DNA from: Vicinamibacteria bacterium
GTDB taxonomy: Bacteria > Acidobacteriota > Vicinamibacteria > Marinacidobacterales > Marinacidobacteraceae
Direction of reading: 5' to 3'
NCBI GenBank assembly: GCA_964291235.2
Contig: OZ219815.1
Location: forward strand, 992,001 to 1,056,000
DNA length: 64,000 nt
This document shows positions 59,045 to 64,000 of the stretch, in pieces (position 1 is the stretch's first letter; each line of letters starts with the position of its first letter). Under the pieces are notes generated by a model that was not told where the DNA came from, did no database searches, and saw only the letters and a program-made list of their open reading frames with translations. Made by a program: the position numbers and the translations under genes.

Positions 59045-60337
59045 TCAGCGCCAACCCCAGCGCGCCAGGTGGGTCTCGTCCTTGACCAGGAAACCGTCCC
59101 CCAGCGGAACGGGCTGGGCCCATGTCGGGCTGGGCGCCACCTCGTAGCGGCGTAGCGGGTCGAACGTCGAAGCGCCCGGGTCGAGGACGAGGAGTTCGGC
59201 CCGGTCGGTGAGCGCCAGGACGGTGTTCCCGGCCACCAGGAGCGCGGCGTTTTCTCCCGCACGCGGTGGGGATCGCCAGATGTCCGCTCCTGTCCCGGTG
59301 TCCATCGCGACGAACTGTCCACTGTTGCGCTCGGAGAACCCGATCAGACGGTCGCCGGCGAGGACGGGATTGCTCATGTAGAAGGGGCTGTCGGCGGCCT
59401 CCCAGACGGTGTCTCCGGAAAGCGTGCCGTCCGGCGAGCTACGGAAACGGACGGCGAAGGTCGGGTTTCCGAGTCCCGCGAAGATCACGACCTCGGCCCC
59501 CGGTAGAACGACCGGGTTGACGATGTTCTGGTCGTAAGGGGTGGTGAAGGGCATCTCCCAGAGGATTCGGCCGTCTTCGGGGGCGACCAGGAGGATCCGC
59601 TCCTCGGTCATGGTCGGGATCGTCCGCACGCCGGCCACTACCGCCGGCGTCGGTGAGACGTACGCGGGACCGTCGCCGGCGATTTCCCAGACGGTTTCGC
59701 CGGTCGCGGCGTCGAACGCGGCAAGCGTCCCGTCGTTCGGTCCTCCCAGGTGGACGAGGACCCGCTCCCCATCCGCGATCGCACCGGGGGAGCTGCCGGC
59801 GCCGTAGAGCGGAGACTCGTTGCCGGAGAACCGGGGATCCGGAAGGCGGCGCCAGAGCAGCGACCCGTCGGTTGCGTTCCACGCCGACAGGATCCCGGAT
59901 ATCCCAAGCGTGAAGATCCTTCCGGCAGCCACCTCCGGAGTCGACTTCGGCCCCGGCCCGTGCCCCAGCGCGGAGCGGTTCATGGTGTACGGCGCCGGGT
60001 AGGAGGCGCTCCAGACGGCCTCCCCGTCGGTGGGTCGCAGGGCGCGCAGCACTTCCTCCTCACCCTCCCGGACGAAGACGACGACGGTCCCGTCCTGGAC
60101 CACGGGGCTGGCGTGACCGAGCCCGACCGGGATCCGCCAGCGCCGTTCCAGCGATTCCGGCCACTGGTGGGGTTCGTGCATCGCTTCGGGCCATCCGGTG
60201 ACCCGGCCATCCCGGTTCACCCCCCGGAAACCGGGCCACTCTTCCTGCCCGGCGCCCGTCGCGGCCAGCGCCAGCGCGGCGGCGGCGAACCCGAAAACGA
60301 ACTGGCGGCAGCGGCTGGTGGGCGGAGGGCGTGTCAT
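59045..60337 (-). CDS. PQQ-binding-like beta-propeller repeat protein, secreted
   Basis: Signal peptide, WPGFRG, GHASPV, GPKSTP and repeated D..TG...W tryptophan-docking motifs. Confidence 0.88.
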   Translation of the reverse strand: MTRPPPTSRCRQFVFGFAAAALALAATGAGQEEWPGFRGVNRDGRVTGWPEAMHEPHQWPESLERRWRIPVGLGHASPVVQDGTVVVFVREGEEEVLRALRPTDGEAVWSASYPAPYTMNRSALGHGPGPKSTPEVAAGRIFTLGISGILSAWNATDGSLLWRRLPDPRFSGNESPLYGAGSSPGAIADGERVLVHLGGPNDGTLAAFDAATGETVWEIAGDGPAYVSPTPAVVAGVRTIPTMTEERILLVAPEDGRILWEMPFTTPYDQNIVNPVVLPGAEVVIFAGLGNPTFAVRFRSSPDGTLSGDTVWEAADSPFYMSNPVLAGDRLIGFSERNSGQFVAMDTGTGADIWRSPPRAGENAALLVAGNTVLALTDRAELLVLDPGASTFDPLRRYEVAPSPTWAQPVPLGDGFLVKDETHLARWGWR

Positions 60338-60420
60338 GGCGGCAAATCTACGGTGCGTCGGGACGGCGCATACTGTATTTGGCAAACATAGACGGAAGTC
60401 ACCCTTTGGAAACCGGGCCC

Positions 60421-61719
60421 CTACGGAAGGAGCTCCGTACGGTGGACGGCGCCGATCCGGCGCAGCGAATCCTCCGGCACTCCCGCTGCTTCCGCGAACT
60501 CGCGCCAGCCTGACACGGCTTCCTGAACCTCGCGCAGGATCGCGGTGGCGCGGCCGCGCCTCAGGCTGGCGCTCCGGGAGCAGGCCACGAAGTCGTCCAC
60601 CTCGAAACCGTCGCGCTTGCCGTTCAGGGTCATCTGGTGCGCGCCGGTCCAGCCCTCCGGGTTGTAGCTGTAGGTGACGTCGAACGCGGGAGAGAGCCAC
60701 CAGCGGCCCGAGCGATCCATCAGGAAGGCGATGTTCTTGACGTGATCGTCCTGGTTGCGGGCGACGATGTTGAAGGCCATGCGCCGGAACTGCTCTTCCG
60801 CCGCGTCCTTGCCCAGCCCGAGTCGGTCGATGACACGCAGGGCCTGTTCGTAGGAATACGCGCCCGGTTGGTTGAAGTCGTAGTGGGCCAGAGCACCCAA
60901 TGACTGCATGTGGATCTTGCGGCCCGCGTCGGTGCGATCGAAGCGCCTGGTCACGAAGTGGTGCCGGCCGGCCTCATGCAGGATCCGGCATTCGGTCATC
61001 TGGATGCCGGCAGCTCGCGCCATGAGGTGATACGCGTATTCGATCAGCCCGTAACCCTGGGGATCTTCCAACTCCCTGGCGCTGTTGCCGGCCACGCCGT
61101 CGAACTTGAGCAGCCAATGGGCAAAACCGTCGCCGGCCTTGATCTGTCCGGAACGGACCTCCTCGGTCTCGGGATTCCAGGCGATGACCGCCTTCGCCCG
61201 GGCGCCGCCCGCCGAGGTGCCGACGCGCAGGATGTCCTGCATGGCCCGCTCCCGGCCGGCCGGGGCCAGGGAGCCTTCAAGAGCCGTACGCCCGGTGAGG
61301 ATGTCGCTGGCGAGTTCGACGAGCGCGGCGACATCGAGGCGCGCAGACCGGTGCCTCGGACCCGTGGCGGGGAGGAACTCGAGCGCGCCCATGCCGCGCG
61401 ATCCGACGTAGCAGAGGCGTTCGACGGCGTTGAAGTCGCCCGGGTCGCGTCCCTCCCTGGCGAGCCATGCATCGATGAGCGCGTTGCCGAATCGGTCGGG
61501 GAGGGAGTCCGCGAGGAGGCCCGGCAAGCCGTGGAAGGTCTGCCGGGGCAACGCTGGAAACGAGTAGATCTCGCTTGCCAGCGGCATCGTGAGCGGCGCC
61601 ACTTCCCGGCCGCCGTGAACGAAGGCCGGGTCGTACTCGAAGAGGGCTGAGTCGCGGTCGTCGTTCCAGCTTACGGCCCCGATCGTCGTTCCCCATAGCC
61701 GGACGTTCGCTACGGTCAC
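60421..61719 (-). CDS. hipA: HipA family toxin (kinase)
   Basis: Couple_hipA N-terminus (LADSLPDRFG), GTSAGGARAK, LLKFD, RRFDR, RNQDDHVKN and LSPAFD. Confidence 0.93.
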   Translation of the reverse strand: MTVANVRLWGTTIGAVSWNDDRDSALFEYDPAFVHGGREVAPLTMPLASEIYSFPALPRQTFHGLPGLLADSLPDRFGNALIDAWLAREGRDPGDFNAVERLCYVGSRGMGALEFLPATGPRHRSARLDVAALVELASDILTGRTALEGSLAPAGRERAMQDILRVGTSAGGARAKAVIAWNPETEEVRSGQIKAGDGFAHWLLKFDGVAGNSARELEDPQGYGLIEYAYHLMARAAGIQMTECRILHEAGRHHFVTRRFDRTDAGRKIHMQSLGALAHYDFNQPGAYSYEQALRVIDRLGLGKDAAEEQFRRMAFNIVARNQDDHVKNIAFLMDRSGRWWLSPAFDVTYSYNPEGWTGAHQMTLNGKRDGFEVDDFVACSRSASLRRGRATAILREVQEAVSGWREFAEAAGVPEDSLRRIGAVHRTELLP

Positions 61720-61759
61720 GGGGCAACAGTCACGGGGCGACGGTCACGGGCTGTCACGG
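61712..61759 (-). repeat. Degenerate 14-bp tandem repeat at the hipB-hipA junction
   Basis: Minus strand reads ccGTGAcagccc GTGAccgtcgcccc GTGActgttgcccc GTGAccgta. Confidence 0.8.
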
Positions 61760-62104
61760 TTCGTCGCCCCATGACCAGTCGGTGGGCGGCTCCGGCTTGT
61801 CGGACCGGGAAGAAGCGCGCTGCCGGATCCGGCCTCGCATCCTGGCCTGCTGGATCGGGCTGATGGCCGGCCCGGGAACGAGGGCGTCGAGAGTGTCCAG
61901 CAGCCCCAGGGCTCTCAGGATTCTGATGAGGTTCGTGGCCTGTAACGAATGCCCCTGCTCGATGCGCTGCACGGTCAGCGTGGAGACGCCTGCCTGCGTG
62001 GCCAACGCGGCCTGCGTGAGGTTCCGGTTCAGCCGATGGCGGGCAAGGCGTCGGCCAAGCGCTTGCAAGACTGCGCGATCCGATGTATCGGACGAGATCC
62101 TCAT
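61754..62104 (-). CDS. XRE-family HTH antitoxin (HipB-like)
   Basis: RLNRNLTQAALATQAGVSTLTVQRIEQG; immediately upstream of hipA. Confidence 0.88.
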   Translation of the reverse strand: MRISSDTSDRAVLQALGRRLARHRLNRNLTQAALATQAGVSTLTVQRIEQGHSLQATNLIRILRALGLLDTLDALVPGPAISPIQQARMRGRIRQRASSRSDKPEPPTDWSWGDEP

Positions 62105-62111
62105 AACATAT

Positions 62112-62165
62112 CGATAGAGAGTTGCTATCGCATCTTCAGGGTCATAATACATCAAAGATGATGTA
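62112..62165. promoter_or_regulatory. Candidate antitoxin operators in the AT-rich hipBA promoter
   Basis: CGATAG-N7-CTATCG (62112-62130) and TACATC-N6-GATGTA (62148-62165). Confidence 0.4.
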
Positions 62166-62251
62166 ACCAATGCCATTCAAGGGATGCTACGCAGTTGGGA
62201 TCGGCTTGGATTGTCGGTCTCGGAGACCGAACGAACCGGAGAGTTGTCCTG

Positions 62252-62683
62252 CTAATCCCTCGGCAGCGCGAACGCGAGGGTCGCGGACGCCACCGGGTTT
62301 CCCTCGCTGCTCGCCGAGGTCCGCACCTCGGCAAACGGACCCCGGATGCGTCCGACTTCGGCGAAGAGGTCGAGCCGGCGCCCGAAACCCACCGTCCTCT
62401 CCATGGTGAAGTCGGCGACCGAGCGGAAGAGGGCCACCAGGTTCTCGTCGCGTCGCTCGTAGAGCACCGCGATGCCGCCCAGTTGGGCCATGGCCTCGAT
62501 GATGAGTCCCGCCGGGACGTGCGGTTGTCCGAAGGTGTAGGGATGGTCCGCCGGAACGCTGACGAAGCCGCGCGCGCTTTGTCCGGGCACCAGGTCCGTG
62601 ACCCCGTGCACGAACAGAAACGGCTCACGGTGCGGCAGGACCTCGAGGACACCCGCCTGGTCGAGGGTCAGAGGCTCGGACAC
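62252..62683 (-). CDS. FabA/FabZ-like hot-dog fold dehydratase
   Basis: VLPHREPFLFV and VPAGLIIEAMAQLGG. GTG start at 62683. Confidence 0.8.
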   Translation of the reverse strand: MSEPLTLDQAGVLEVLPHREPFLFVHGVTDLVPGQSARGFVSVPADHPYTFGQPHVPAGLIIEAMAQLGGIAVLYERRDENLVALFRSVADFTMERTVGFGRRLDLFAEVGRIRGPFAEVRTSASSEGNPVASATLAFALPRD

Positions 62684-62706
62684 GGTTCGGGATGATCCGC
62701 CGGGGT

Positions 62707-64000
62707 TCAGCCGGCGGCGAGCACGGCCTCTTCCGCGAACTGCAGCTCGTAGAGCCTCCGGTAGATGCCTCCCTCGGCGAGCAGTTCCTCGTGGGTCCCG
62801 CTCTCGCGGATCGTCCCCCGGTGAAGCACCACGATCCGGTCGGCGCCCCGGACGGTGGAGAGCCGATGGGCGATCACCAGGCTGGTCCGATTCTCCAGCA
62901 CCCGCCCGAGCGCGGTCTGCACGGCGCGCTCGGTCTCGGTGTCCACGCTCGAGGTCGCCTCGTCGAGCACCAGCACGCGCGAGGTGCGGGCCATCGCCCG
63001 GGCGATGCCGACGAGCTGCCGCTGGCCCTGCGACAGGCCGCCGCCGCGTTCGCCGAGCTGGGTGTCGAGTCCGTCCGGCAGATTCCGGGCCCAGGCGGTC
63101 ACCTCGGCCGCCTCCGCGGCCCGCCGGGCATCGTCCTCGGTGATGGATTCGTCTCCCAGCCGGATGTTGTCGAGCACCGTCCCCGAGAAGAGGTGGACGT
63201 CCTGCTGGACCATGGAGAACTGGCGGCGAAGGTCCGGCACCCGCCACTCGCGGACATCCAGGCCGTCCACCACCACCCGGCCGCGCTGCACGTCGTAGAG
63301 CCGCAGCAAGAGCGCGGCGAGGGTCGTCTTGCCCGACCCGGTGTGGCCGACCAGGGCCACCGTTTCACCGGGCGCAATGTGGAAGTCGATGTCCTGAAGC
63401 ACCCATTCGTCTTTGTTGTATGCGAAGGAGACGCCTTCGAGCTGGAGTGCCCCGTGGCGGTGGCCGGGCAGGTGTGCGCCCGGCGCGTTCCCGATGGCGG
63501 GTTTCGTGTCGAGCAGCTCGACGATGCGCTCGGAGGCCGCCAGGGCGCCCTGCAGGATGTTGAACTTCTCCGTCAGGTCGCGGATCGGGCGGAAGAACAT
63601 CTCCGAGTACATGAGGAACGCCACCAGGGCCCCCACGGTGAGCGTTCCCGAGCCGATCCGGGAGCCTCCGTAACCCACGATCAGCGCGACGGTGATGGCG
63701 GTGATCATTTCCACCACCGGGTAGAAGACGGAAAAGCACATCACCGTGTCGAGATGGGCGCCCGTATGTTCCCGGTTCAGCTTCCGGTACTCCCAGGCCC
63801 GCCGCCGTTCCTGCCGGAACAGTTGCAGGACTTCCATTCCGGTCAGCGTCTCCTGGATGAAGGCGTTGACCGACGCGACGGCCGCTCGCACCCGGCGGAA
63901 GGCCGGCCGGATTCTGCGCCGGAAGATCCATCCCGCGATGAAGAGCGCCGGCACCGCGCCGAAGGTCACGAGGGCGAGCCCCGGGTTCATCCAGATGAGG
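62707..64000 (-). CDS. ABC exporter ATP-binding/permease (5' part outside window)
   Basis: GHTGSGKT, LSQGQRQ, LVLDEATSSVD and IAHRLST, preceded by the TM domain. Confidence 0.92.
   Translation of the reverse strand, partial: LIWMNPGLALVTFGAVPALFIAGWIFRRRIRPAFRRVRAAVASVNAFIQETLTGMEVLQLFRQERRRAWEYRKLNREHTGAHLDTVMCFSVFYPVVEMITAITVALIVGYGGSRIGSGTLTVGALVAFLMYSEMFFRPIRDLTEKFNILQGALAASERIVELLDTKPAIGNAPGAHLPGHRHGALQLEGVSFAYNKDEWVLQDIDFHIAPGETVALVGHTGSGKTTLAALLLRLYDVQRGRVVVDGLDVREWRVPDLRRQFSMVQQDVHLFSGTVLDNIRLGDESITEDDARRAAEAAEVTAWARNLPDGLDTQLGERGGGLSQGQRQLVGIARAMARTSRVLVLDEATSSVDTETERAVQTALGRVLENRTSLVIAHRLSTVRGADRIVVLHRGTIRESGTHEELLAEGGIYRRLYELQFAEEAVLAAG

Overview
High-GC (roughly 70% by eye), gene-dense bacterial chromosomal segment. 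The SupA-type polyketide synthase and the many exported hydrolases suggest a sponge-associated bacterium, plausibly Acidobacteriota; this is inference. Housekeeping and metabolic genes include tRNA-Arg(CCG), tRNA-Lys(CTT), thiI, trxA, moaA, SurA/PpiC and FKBP isomerases, mfd, an acyl-CoA dehydrogenase and several peptidases. Larger modules are an arsS/AhpD-like pair, a hipBA toxin-antitoxin module, a quinohemoprotein amine dehydrogenase operon (qhpA-D-C-B-F-E) and a sup-type cluster (about 3400-aa KS-AT-DH-cMT-ER-KR-ACP-KS-AT PKS, free ACP, alpha/beta hydrolase). The qhpG-like flavoprotein lies 13 kb from the qhp operon, on the far side of the PKS. The most unusual signal is non-coding: three copies of a MITE-like element (187, 205 and 259 bp including 4-bp flanks) differ by exact multiples of 18 bp, because one short unit (CCAGTTCTCCCGGTGGGG-GC) has been inserted at three different internal sites and in both orientations. 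Other oddities are a REPIN-like doublet with a 13-bp stutter, a cluster of GNA-triloop hairpins, a chain of GTGA mini-ORFs between hipB and hipA, probable ATT and CTG start codons, three tandem secreted paralogs, and two single-base frameshifts that may be sequencing errors. Family assignments come from recognised motifs, not database searches.
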